Shown here piece after piece: positions 48,227 to 57,559 of a stretch of 64,000 nt of DNA. Source of the DNA: an uncultured delta proteobacterium (GTDB lineage: Bacteria; Myxococcota_A; Polyangia; Polyangiales; Polyangiaceae); contig CAWELQ010000010.1 of NCBI GenBank assembly GCA_963809955.1, positions 54,667 through 118,666 on the forward strand, written 5' to 3'. The position numbers and the translations under genes are program-made. The notes below the pieces were generated by a model that was not told the DNA's origin, did no database searches, and saw only the letters and a program-made list of their open reading frames with translations. Numbering within the stretch: position 1 is the stretch's first letter; the number at the start of each line of letters is the position of its first letter.

Positions 48227-50050
48227 ATGTCGGATGCGGAACAAGATTGGATCTCGCTGCGCAAGAGCGCCGAGGAAATCCTGCGCAAGACCCGTCGCGA
48301 CGTGGCACGGTTTCAAACGGAGGATGTCCAACGCCTCGTCCATGAGCTTCAGGTCCACCAGGTCGAACTGCAAATGCAGAACGACGACCTCCGACTCAGA
48401 ACCTGCGAGCTCGAGGCGGCACGCACCCGATATCAGGAGCTGTTCGATCAAGCGCCAGCCGGCTACCTGGATTTGGACTCCAACGGTCTGATTCGGTGCG
48501 CGAATTTCGCGGCGGGCCTGTTGCTCGAGAACAATCGTGAACAGCTGGTCGGAAAGCAGTTCGAGAACTTCGTCGACCGCCAGCACCTGGGGCCGCTGCG
48601 CGAGCACCTGCGTACTGCTGTACAGAAGAAGGGCGGCGCGGTTCGCGAACTGCGTCTTTCGAGAGCGAGTGGAGCGCCTGCATACGTGCGACTCGAGACG
48701 CACTGGCGGCCCGCACCGAGCGGCGGGTATTTGCTTGCGCTGATGGACGTGACCGACCGGCGCTTGGCCGAAGAAGCACTCGAAAATGTCAATCAGGAAC
48801 TCGAGCGCCGTGTTGCTACCCGCACACAGGAACTCGCCGCACAAAATCGGCTGCTGGAACAGGAGATCGCCGCCAAGACGGAGAGCGAGGAGGCGCGGAA
48901 GCGCCTGGCCGAACGGCTGCGCGACGCCGAACGACTGGAATCGATCGGTCTGCTAGCCGGCGGCATTGCGCACGACTTCAACAACCTGCTGGTCGGAGTT
49001 CTGGCAAATGCCGATCTGCTGTTGCGCGAGAAGTCCCTTCCAAAGGAAGCGGAGGAGTCCTTGGTGTCGATCGAGCAAGCGGCTCGTCGCGCATCGACGC
49101 TAACGCGACAACTGCTGGTGTATGCCGGAAAGGGTGACATCAAATTCGCGCCGTTGGATCTTCAGCAGGCGATTTTGGACAGCTTGAAACTACTACGTGC
49201 TTCCGTGTCGCCGACCATCGAGATCCGGACACAGTTCGGCAAGCTGACGCCGATTCTGGCGGATAGCGGGCAGGTTCAACAAGTGATCACCAACCTCGTC
49301 ATCAATGCCGTAGAAGCCATCGGTGAGGGCACAGGAACCGTCGTGCTCCGCACGAGTCGCCAAGACCTCGACACCGCAGCCCTCGCTGACTTCACTCGCA
49401 CGACAGGGGCTCAACCGGGCCGCTTTGCCGTTCTCGAGGTCACCGATACGGGTCCAGGCATGAGTGCGCAGACGCTTTCCCGCCTCTTCGATCCATTCTT
49501 CACGACCAAGTTCAGTGGGCGGGGTCTCGGTCTGGCTTCCGTACTCGGCATCCTTAAGGGCCACCATTGCGCCGTACGCGTCCGCAGTCAGCCGGACGAG
49601 GGCACGACCTTCGAAATCGCGTGGCCCGAGTCGTCGACGCCCGCCTCCACCAGCATCCCACCGGTTCCGACCGAGAGGTGGCGAGGCACGGGCCGTGTCC
49701 TGGTTGTCGACGACGACGAAGCAGTACTCACCGCCGTCGGCAGGCAGCTCGATTACCTGGGTTTCCAGGTGGTCAAAGCAACCGGTGGGCCCGATGGTTT
49801 GCGGCGCTTTCGTGAAGCGACCTCACCGTTCGTGCTCGCGGTTATCGACCGCACCATGCCCGAGCTTTCAGGCGAGCGACTGCTCGGACTGCTGCGGGAG
49901 CGCTCCCCGGACCTTCCTGTCGTCTTGATGAGCGGCTTCAGCGCTGTTGACGACGAGCTTTCTCGTGAGGGGGTCGCGCTTCTTCAAAAACCCATGACCA
50001 TAGAAGAACTCGAATGCGCGGCTCGATCCGTGCTCGCGCCGCAGGAATAG
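48227..50050 (+). CDS. PAS-domain hybrid sensor histidine kinase (HisKA-HATPase-receiver)
   Basis: H-box HDFNNLL, N-box NLVINAVEA, G1 DTGPGM, G2 GRGLGL; C-terminal receiver VLVVDDDE...DRTMPELSG. Confidence 0.88.
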   Translation: MSDAEQDWISLRKSAEEILRKTRRDVARFQTEDVQRLVHELQVHQVELQMQNDDLRLRTCELEAARTRYQELFDQAPAGYLDLDSNGLIRCANFAAGLLLENNREQLVGKQFENFVDRQHLGPLREHLRTAVQKKGGAVRELRLSRASGAPAYVRLETHWRPAPSGGYLLALMDVTDRRLAEEALENVNQELERRVATRTQELAAQNRLLEQEIAAKTESEEARKRLAERLRDAERLESIGLLAGGIAHDFNNLLVGVLANADLLLREKSLPKEAEESLVSIEQAARRASTLTRQLLVYAGKGDIKFAPLDLQQAILDSLKLLRASVSPTIEIRTQFGKLTPILADSGQVQQVITNLVINAVEAIGEGTGTVVLRTSRQDLDTAALADFTRTTGAQPGRFAVLEVTDTGPGMSAQTLSRLFDPFFTTKFSGRGLGLASVLGILKGHHCAVRVRSQPDEGTTFEIAWPESSTPASTSIPPVPTERWRGTGRVLVVDDDEAVLTAVGRQLDYLGFQVVKATGGPDGLRRFREATSPFVLAVIDRTMPELSGERLLGLLRERSPDLPVVLMSGFSAVDDELSREGVALLQKPMTIEELECAARSVLAPQE

Positions 50051-50162
50051 CTCGCATTCTGACAAGTAAGCCCCAGTTCGAACGCGCCGCCGGGGCACCG
50101 AGCGGTAGACCGCTCCGAACGTATGATGGCGGCATGGATCGCACCAGCACCGCCGGTAGCCG

Positions 50163-51971
50163 TCAGTTGGCAAGCCGCTCGGTGCTCCAGGCTGTGCCGC
50201 TCGCCAGATCGCCCGCAAACTCCCGGTACAGCGCGGCGTAGGCCCCCCCTTGCTCCAAAAGATCGTCGTGGCGCCCCTCTTCCACGATCCTGCCGCCGTC
50301 CAAGACCACGATCTTGTCCGCATCTCGAATGGTGCTCAGGCGGTGGGCCACCACGAAGCTGGTCCTACCTTTCAAAAGCTTCGCCAGGGCTTTTTGCAGG
50401 CGGGCTTCGGTCATGGCGTCGACGGCGCTCGTGGCTTCGTCCAAGATGAGCAACTTGGGCTCGGCCAAGAGAGCACGCGCAAAGCAAACCAGCTGGCGCT
50501 GCCCCACCGATAGACTGGCTCCCTTTTCGCCGACCTCGCTATCCAAACCTTGGGGCAAGGCCGAGACGAGCTCACCGAGTCCGAGTTCACGCACGACTCG
50601 CTCGATATCGGCATCGCTCGCCAATGGACGACCAAAGCGAATGTTTTCGCGCACACTGCCGGAAAACAAGAAGTTGTCCTGGGGTACACAACCGAGCTCG
50701 GCATGTAGGGACTCCGCCGTCAGGTTCGCCAAGTCCTCGCCATCGAGTGAGATTCGCCCGGCCGTGGGTTCGTAGAGCTTCGCCAACAACCGCGTCACAC
50801 TGGTCTTGCCGCTGCCGGTCCTGCCCACCAGGGCGATGGTCTGCCCCGGCTCGGCTTCCAAGGATACGCCGTCCAGGGCGCGACGACCCGGTTCGTATTC
50901 CAGCACCACACTGTCGAAGCGCACGTGGCCGCGCAGCCGCTCGAGCCGCTGCACCTCGGGCCCATCGGTCCGTGCTGGTGGCGTGTCCAGCAACGCGAAA
51001 ACGCGTTCCGCGCCCGCCATCGCGGTGAGCGCCTGATTGTACTGACTGCCCAACACCGGGATGGGTCCGAAAAACAGACTCGAGAGGAACAAAAACTGAA
51101 TCAAGCTGGCGAGGTCGAGAGAGCCTTGCATCGCCTGGTAGCCTCCAACCACCAAGAGCAACGCCAAAAAGAGCCGTCCATTGGCCTCGAGCAGGGGCAA
51201 GAATGTGGCCGAGTAGCGCGCCACCGCCATGTTGTTCTCCGAATGCACGGAGATGAGATCTCGAAATTGCTCGTTGTTGCGCTCCTGACGCACGAAGCCC
51301 TGAATCACTCGGATGCCGTTCACGGACTCCGCCAACGACGAGGTCAACCGGCTATAGGTTTCCTGCACGTCCCGGTAGGCCTGACGCAAGCGGACTCTGA
51401 AATATCTGATCAGAAACCAAAGCGTCGGCACCATCGCGCACACCGCCAGAAATAGGAGCACATCGTAGTAGAGCATCAGCGCGGCGGCCACCAGCATCGA
51501 CCCGAGCTGAACCGTACTGACGAACACCACATCCTGAATGCCGGTGCGAACCACATCGACGTCCGACGTCATTCGACTCAACAAGCGACCGAGCGGCATA
51601 CTGTCGAAGAAGCTCATGGGCTGTCTCATGATGTGCTGGTAGAGCTGCTTCCTCAGGTCGTACACGACGGCCTCGCCCAGCAGCAAGGCAAGGCGCATGC
51701 GAGCCATGAAGCAAACTTCCGTCACGCACACGAGCAGAACGAATCCAGCGATGCCCAAGGCCGCCCGTGCAGCGTCGCCAGAAGCGATTGGGCCGCTGAT
51801 CACATAGCCGATCGCCCAGCTGATGGCGGGTAATTGCAGCGCCCGAAGCACCACCAAGAAGAGCAGAGTGTTGCGCATACGCGCATACGGCCGCGTGCAA
51901 GTGAACATCCGCTTGACCAGCGCCCAGTCCAGCGGCCGCTGTCCCGGTTCGCGAACGCTATGAGTACTCAT
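50163..51971 (-). CDS. ABC exporter, fused permease/ATPase (MsbA-type half-transporter)
   Basis: 6-TM N-terminal; Walker A GRTGSGKTS, signature LSVGQRQL, Walker B LILDEATSAVD. Confidence 0.88.
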   Translation of the reverse strand: MSTHSVREPGQRPLDWALVKRMFTCTRPYARMRNTLLFLVVLRALQLPAISWAIGYVISGPIASGDAARAALGIAGFVLLVCVTEVCFMARMRLALLLGEAVVYDLRKQLYQHIMRQPMSFFDSMPLGRLLSRMTSDVDVVRTGIQDVVFVSTVQLGSMLVAAALMLYYDVLLFLAVCAMVPTLWFLIRYFRVRLRQAYRDVQETYSRLTSSLAESVNGIRVIQGFVRQERNNEQFRDLISVHSENNMAVARYSATFLPLLEANGRLFLALLLVVGGYQAMQGSLDLASLIQFLFLSSLFFGPIPVLGSQYNQALTAMAGAERVFALLDTPPARTDGPEVQRLERLRGHVRFDSVVLEYEPGRRALDGVSLEAEPGQTIALVGRTGSGKTSVTRLLAKLYEPTAGRISLDGEDLANLTAESLHAELGCVPQDNFLFSGSVRENIRFGRPLASDADIERVVRELGLGELVSALPQGLDSEVGEKGASLSVGQRQLVCFARALLAEPKLLILDEATSAVDAMTEARLQKALAKLLKGRTSFVVAHRLSTIRDADKIVVLDGGRIVEEGRHDDLLEQGGAYAALYREFAGDLASGTAWSTERLAN

Positions 51972-53827
51972 GCCCTTGCCGACACGGAGAGCCTCCGCCT
52001 TTCTGCGTCGAGCCCCTGCAGGCGTGCCGTCGCCGCATACGAGCCCCCGAGCGACAGAAGCTGTTCGTGAGTCCCTTGTTCTACAATTTCCCCGTCCTCG
52101 AGCACGATGATTCGATCGGCACGTCTCAGAGTGCCGAGCCGGCTGGACACCAGGAACGTGGTGCGACCGGCAATGGCGCTATCCAGCGCCGCCAACACTT
52201 GCCCTTCGGTTTGGGGATCGATCGCGGTGGTTGGATCGTCCAAGACGACGATGGGAGGATCGAGCAACAGGGCGCGCGCAATGGCCAACCGCTGCCGCTG
52301 ACCTCCGGATAGGTTGACAGCGCCCTCCGTGAGCAGCGTCTGGTAGCCCTCCGGAAGCTCCCGAATGAACTCATCCGCTCCCGCCTTCTGGGCAGCAGCC
52401 ACGATCCGCTCGAAGCTGGCGTCGGGATGCCCGAAGGCGATGTTGTTGGCAACCGTATCGCGAAACAACAGGGTTTCCTGGAAGACGATGCCAATTTGCC
52501 GGCGCAGGGAATCCAGCGCAAAAGCCTTCACGTCAGTGCCGTCGATGGACAAACGTCCACCGGTAGCGTCGTAGAAACGTGGAATCAGGCTGAGCAACGT
52601 ACTCTTGCCCGATCCCGTGGCTCCCAGTATCCCCAGGGTTTCGCCGGGCCTCACCTCCAGATCGACACCGCGGAGCGCTGGCACTCCCTCATGATAGTCG
52701 AACGTCAGATCCTCGAAGCGCACGCACCCCCGCAAGGGCGGTGCTTGTACAGCGCCCGGGCTTTCCTCCACTCCCAGCGGTTGATCCAACACTTCGAATA
52801 CACGACGCGCGCCGGTCAGACTCTGCTGAAGCGTATTGACGATATTGGCCATATTCGACGCGCGTCGGGCGAACTCCTGCAAAAGACCTGCAAACACGAT
52901 CAGATCGCCCAGCGTGATCTCGTGGCGCCCGATCAGCACTGCACCGTAAGCCATCAGGACTGCCAGGTTCAGGTAGTTCAGGAGGTCGACGAGCGGCGTG
53001 AAGCGGCTGACGCTACGAAAGATATTCGTCTGCTGGCCCCGTACAGCCTGATTGCGGGCATCGAAACGTTGCTCTTGCTCGCGCTCTCGTCCGAACACCT
53101 TGGTGACCAGGATGCCCTCGATCGACTCGGCGAGCGTCCGCACCAGCTCATCCGAGAGCTGGCGGCTCTTCAGGTAGGCGGGGCGCGCCCAGCGAGAAAA
53201 CATCACCGTGGCCACGTACAGAAACGGCGTCAGTATCATACTGACAACCGTCAGCAAAACGTGAGTCTTCAGCATGTACGCCAGAAAGACGCTCAGTGAC
53301 AGCAGCAGCACGGCGCCCTGGATGACGACACCATCGACGAAGGAGCGCAGCATCTGCACGTCACGCGTCACCCGGTTGATGATCGCGCCGCTTGGATGAG
53401 CATCGAAGAATCGAAAGCTCAAGCGCTGCAGTTTCTTGTAGAGCTCAGCGCGCAAGCTGGGCACCATCTCGACATGCACCAGTCTGCCCACCTGGACCGA
53501 ATAGGCGTAGTTCAAGGCAGCGCCGATCAGAGCCATCACCAGGACGAGCCCCGCGACCAGGAGGATCGAGGACGAGGCCGGCCAACCACTCGCGAACGCC
53601 ACGAAGCGCGGCCAGCGGGGCACCGGAGCGCTCGGATCGAGCGCTCGGCGAATCACGTCGATGGCCAAACCGGTCAGGCTGACGCCGCCCAGCGTCATCC
53701 CGAGCAACACCACCTGACAGGCGAACACCTGGAGCACGCGGGTTCGGTAGCGCCAGGTCACCTGCAACAAGCGGCGCACGACACGCGCTTCGGGTTCCCT
53801 GGGTTCAGCTAAACTAGAATCACGCAT
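51968..53827 (-). CDS. ABC exporter, fused permease/ATPase (heterodimer partner)
   Basis: GATGSGKST, LSGGQRQRLAIARAL, VVLDDPTTAIDP; 4-nt overlap with the downstream partner. Confidence 0.88.
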   Translation of the reverse strand: MRDSSLAEPREPEARVVRRLLQVTWRYRTRVLQVFACQVVLLGMTLGGVSLTGLAIDVIRRALDPSAPVPRWPRFVAFASGWPASSSILLVAGLVLVMALIGAALNYAYSVQVGRLVHVEMVPSLRAELYKKLQRLSFRFFDAHPSGAIINRVTRDVQMLRSFVDGVVIQGAVLLLSLSVFLAYMLKTHVLLTVVSMILTPFLYVATVMFSRWARPAYLKSRQLSDELVRTLAESIEGILVTKVFGREREQEQRFDARNQAVRGQQTNIFRSVSRFTPLVDLLNYLNLAVLMAYGAVLIGRHEITLGDLIVFAGLLQEFARRASNMANIVNTLQQSLTGARRVFEVLDQPLGVEESPGAVQAPPLRGCVRFEDLTFDYHEGVPALRGVDLEVRPGETLGILGATGSGKSTLLSLIPRFYDATGGRLSIDGTDVKAFALDSLRRQIGIVFQETLLFRDTVANNIAFGHPDASFERIVAAAQKAGADEFIRELPEGYQTLLTEGAVNLSGGQRQRLAIARALLLDPPIVVLDDPTTAIDPQTEGQVLAALDSAIAGRTTFLVSSRLGTLRRADRIIVLEDGEIVEQGTHEQLLSLGGSYAATARLQGLDAERRRLSVSARA

Positions 53828-53973
53828 GTCGACAGCGTCGAGGTGTAGCAGCGCGCGCTTCTAGTCTCCATCGTGCTGCCGCAAAATCGCGAGGCAGCCA
53901 GCCCGTTTGTCCGAAAGAGGCGGCCGAGCACGCTTCGAGATTGACGTGCGCGGGCCCTACGCCCCGTACGGGA

Positions 53974-54900
53974 CTACCCCTTGACGGCACCCACGATGAC
54001 GCCCTTGGTGAAGTTGCGCTGGACGAATGGATAGATGATGAGCGCTGGCAACACGGTGACGATCACGACGGCCATTTTGACCGCCAGGGTCGGCGGATAC
54101 GCCGTGACCCCGGCAAATGCCACGGCCGCGCCCGAGATGTTCGGCGACTGTCCGGCGAGGATGTAGCTCTGGAGTACGAGTTGGATGGGCCAGAGGTCGA
54201 CATCGTCAATGTACAAGACGGCGTTGAAATAGGCGTTCCAGTAGCCAACCGCATAGAACAACCCGACCACGGCCACCACCGCCTTGGAGAGTGGCAGCAC
54301 GATGCGAAACAGGATCCCCCATTCGCTCGCGCCGTCGATGCGAGCGCTGTCGAACAGCTCACTCGGAATACCCATGAAGAACGAGCGAACGACCACCAAG
54401 TTGAATACGCTGACAGCGGTCGGCAAGATCAGAGAGAGCAGGTTGTTCTTTAGCCCGAGCCCAGTGACCACCAGATAACTCGGTACTAGCCCGGGATAGA
54501 TGATGAAGGTGAGCAGGAAGAAGAAGAGCAGCGGGCGGTGCCAGAGCGTGCCGGGTTTCGACAGGCCATAGGCCGCCAGCACGGTGAGCGTGAGGCTGAA
54601 CAGCGTGCCCACCACGGTGACGAAAAAACTCACCGCCACGGCTCGCGTCACCTGCCCTCCCGAGAATATGGTGACGTAGGCCGAGATGTCGACCTCGCGG
54701 GGGATCACCACCATGCCGCCGACGGCGTCGATCGTCTCGCGCGACGCCAGACTGGTCACCAGCACCGTCCACATCGGGAACAGTACCGCCAGTACGGCAA
54801 GCGTCAGCGCCGCGCCCTTGCCCAACATCAAGACGGACGAGGGCTCCTCCTCCCATGCGGGTCGGGCCTGCCTCGGGCGCGCCGGTTCGGTCGCATTCAT
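53974..54900 (-). CDS. Carbohydrate ABC transporter permease (MalG/LplC-like)
   Basis: 6 TM; EAA-like loop FDSARIDGASEWGILFRIVLPLSK. Confidence 0.85.
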   Translation of the reverse strand: MNATEPARPRQARPAWEEEPSSVLMLGKGAALTLAVLAVLFPMWTVLVTSLASRETIDAVGGMVVIPREVDISAYVTIFSGGQVTRAVAVSFFVTVVGTLFSLTLTVLAAYGLSKPGTLWHRPLLFFFLLTFIIYPGLVPSYLVVTGLGLKNNLLSLILPTAVSVFNLVVVRSFFMGIPSELFDSARIDGASEWGILFRIVLPLSKAVVAVVGLFYAVGYWNAYFNAVLYIDDVDLWPIQLVLQSYILAGQSPNISGAAVAFAGVTAYPPTLAVKMAVVIVTVLPALIIYPFVQRNFTKGVIVGAVKG

Positions 54901-55898
54901 GACTTCGAGTAGACCCCCTGCTCACCCAGGGAGTGGGCAAGCCGATTGGCACCCACGATGAGGATCAGTCCGATCACCGCCTTGAACAGGCCTGCCGCCG
55001 CGCCGAGGCCCCACTGCTGCGGAATGATTGCCTGATAGTACACGTAGGTGTCCAATACCTCAGCCGCCTGTCTGCCCACTGCCTCGCGCTGGAGCAAGTA
55101 CTGCTCGAAGCCAACGCTGAGCGCATCGCCGAGACGAAGGATCAAAAGCAACACGATAACCGGCCTGAGCCCGGGGAGAGTGACGTGCCACATGCGACGC
55201 CAGCGTCCCGATCCGTCGACGGCCGCCGCCTCGTACAACGTGGGATCGATGGCGGAGAGAGCGGCCAAGAACACGATCGATCCCCAGCCCACGTCCTTCC
55301 AGACCGCTTCGGCAGTGACCAGGACGATAAACGTGTCCGGGTTGCTCATGATCGACCAGGGCTCGAGGCCGTGCGAGCGCAGCTCCTGCACCAACAGGCC
55401 CGCGCCGCCCAGCATCTGCACGAAGAAGGTGATCACGAGCACCCAGCTGAAGAAATGCGGCAGGTAGACAACGCTCTGGATGAAGCTCTTGATCCGAGGC
55501 GAGCTGACGGAGTTGAGCAGGATGGCGAGGAGGATGGGGAGCGGGAAGAAGAAGACCAGTTGGAACAGAGTGATGGAAAGCGTGTTGTACACGGATTCCC
55601 AGAACGCCGGGTCGTCGAACAGCATCAGGAAGTTCCCGACGCCGATCCACTCACTGTTCACGAACGCCTCGAAGGCATTCTTGCCCTCGAAGGGATTGTA
55701 GTCTTGGAATGCGATCACGTTGCCCAGCGTGGGCACGTAGTGAAACACGAACAGAAGCAGCACCGCGGGCATCGTCATCAGCAGGAACGGCCAATCGTGC
55801 TTGATGCGAGTCGTGAAGGAGCGCCGTTGCCGCGCCTGCGCACGCCTTTCGTCAGAGGTGGGTCGAGCCGACTTCTTGGCCATCGGAGCAACAGTCAT
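54897..55898 (-). CDS. Carbohydrate ABC transporter permease (MalF/LplB-like)
   Basis: EAAAVDGSGRWRRMWHVTLPGLRP EAA loop; 6 TM. Confidence 0.85.
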   Translation of the reverse strand: MTVAPMAKKSARPTSDERRAQARQRRSFTTRIKHDWPFLLMTMPAVLLLFVFHYVPTLGNVIAFQDYNPFEGKNAFEAFVNSEWIGVGNFLMLFDDPAFWESVYNTLSITLFQLVFFFPLPILLAILLNSVSSPRIKSFIQSVVYLPHFFSWVLVITFFVQMLGGAGLLVQELRSHGLEPWSIMSNPDTFIVLVTAEAVWKDVGWGSIVFLAALSAIDPTLYEAAAVDGSGRWRRMWHVTLPGLRPVIVLLLILRLGDALSVGFEQYLLQREAVGRQAAEVLDTYVYYQAIIPQQWGLGAAAGLFKAVIGLILIVGANRLAHSLGEQGVYSKS

Positions 55899-57559
55899 CG
55901 TCCATTATCGGCGAGTACCTTTTCTAGAAACTCGCGCCCTTGGTCGCCACCCGAGCGGCGCCACTCCTCGACAATCTGGTCGAGATCCGAGAGCGGACGC
56001 CGACCACGCACCAGATCGCGGAGCTTGTCCTCGGTGGTGGTGATGATTTTTGAATATCCGGGCGGCAATTCCAACTTGATACCTTCGAAGAGGTCCTTCT
56101 CCAAGTACTTCGCCGTCCGCTTCGAGTAGGCGAGTTCGTCGCGAACGTGACCAGGCAATTCGGAGCTGCCCACCATCACCGGAGCGCGCCCTCCCAGCAC
56201 ATCGAATTGCGTGGCGATTTCCTTGCGGCCAAGCTCCGTGGGCAGCGGACTGTTGTCCGGCGCTCGCGTGAAGTGTTTTCCCTCGACGCCGTAGCGGTTC
56301 AATTCGTATTCCTTGCTTCCGAAGGGCGCGGCGCACCAGTTCAAGACCGAGAGCAGTTCCTTCTCCCGGTCCGCCGCCAGCCCTTGTTTGATGAAGGTGT
56401 AGAAGATGGGCTTGTTGTCCGCCCAGGTGAGCGGCTCGCCACCATCTGATGCAAAAACAGGGAGCGCCTGCATCTCGAACTGGGGATTGACCTTCTGCTG
56501 CTCGCTCTGCATGGGCGCCCAGGTGCCGAGACCGTCTTGCATCAACACGATGCGGCCGGACTTGAACAGCTGCTTGGCGTCGGCTCCCTTGCTGGCCAAG
56601 AGGTCAGGATGCACCAAACCTTCTTGGAAGACCCGCGCGGTGAATTCCAGCGCGGCTCTGTACTCTTCGGTTTCGTACTTGAATTCCAGCCCGCCACCGG
56701 GCTTTTTACGCCACCCCCCCTGCGAATGCGGGCACCTGAAGTACATCTGAACCATGTCGAAGATGTCGCTGCACGCCCACACGCTCTGCTTCGGGTTCGT
56801 CAGCCTTTTGAGCAAGCGGTACAAGGCATCGATACTGTTCGGCGGCGCGAGCCCCAGGCGATCGAAGATGTCCTTTCGATAGAACATGGCCCACGGGAAC
56901 GGCACCCCTTGTGGATAAGGCACCGCGGACAGGCGCCCATCCCACACCGAGTACTGCCAGGCCGTGGTCGGCAACGTGGCAAGCATGGGGTAGTTCTTCA
57001 CGCGCTCACCCTGGAGATGCTCGGTCAGGTCCGCGAACAGCGCCTTCACTGCCTGGGAGTAGCGGGGAATCTTGTCAATCTCCCAGGAGGGTACGGAAAG
57101 AAGGTCGGGAACATCGCGAGCTGCCAGCAGAGCGCTCAGCTTGTCCGCAAACGTCATGCCGTCCTGCACGGTCGGGTTGACGACCACGCCGAGCTGGGCA
57201 TTGACGGCGTCGACGTAGGCATTGCGCCCGAGACCGGGCGGGGCGGGACCCCAGGTCGGCATCATCGAGTGAATCCGTGGACCTCCGCGCCCCGGTTTCT
57301 TCTTGATGACCTTCACGAACTCGGTCTTGGGATAGCTCAAGAAGCCGTCCGGAATCGGCCCCTCCCCTTGGATCTCGGGTTCGAGCAACTGGAGCGGGTG
57401 GTACGCCGGCAACACCTTCGCAACCTGCGCAGCGTTCGATGCGGAGCCCCCGGGCCGCCGATGTGTACTGCAACCGCGCGAGCAACCACCGGCCACCACG
57501 CTGGCGGCCCCCGCACCCAGCGTGACCAGAAAGCTGCGCCGACTCCTCGCTTCAGCCAT
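55895..57559 (-). CDS. Extracellular solute-binding lipoprotein (LplA-type large SBP), Tat-like signal
   Basis: MAEARSRRSFLVTLGAGAASVVAGGCS (RR plus lipobox); about 550 aa; upstream of the two permeases with ATGA overlap. Confidence 0.75.
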   Translation of the reverse strand: MAEARSRRSFLVTLGAGAASVVAGGCSRGCSTHRRPGGSASNAAQVAKVLPAYHPLQLLEPEIQGEGPIPDGFLSYPKTEFVKVIKKKPGRGGPRIHSMMPTWGPAPPGLGRNAYVDAVNAQLGVVVNPTVQDGMTFADKLSALLAARDVPDLLSVPSWEIDKIPRYSQAVKALFADLTEHLQGERVKNYPMLATLPTTAWQYSVWDGRLSAVPYPQGVPFPWAMFYRKDIFDRLGLAPPNSIDALYRLLKRLTNPKQSVWACSDIFDMVQMYFRCPHSQGGWRKKPGGGLEFKYETEEYRAALEFTARVFQEGLVHPDLLASKGADAKQLFKSGRIVLMQDGLGTWAPMQSEQQKVNPQFEMQALPVFASDGGEPLTWADNKPIFYTFIKQGLAADREKELLSVLNWCAAPFGSKEYELNRYGVEGKHFTRAPDNSPLPTELGRKEIATQFDVLGGRAPVMVGSSELPGHVRDELAYSKRTAKYLEKDLFEGIKLELPPGYSKIITTTEDKLRDLVRGRRPLSDLDQIVEEWRRSGGDQGREFLEKVLADNGR

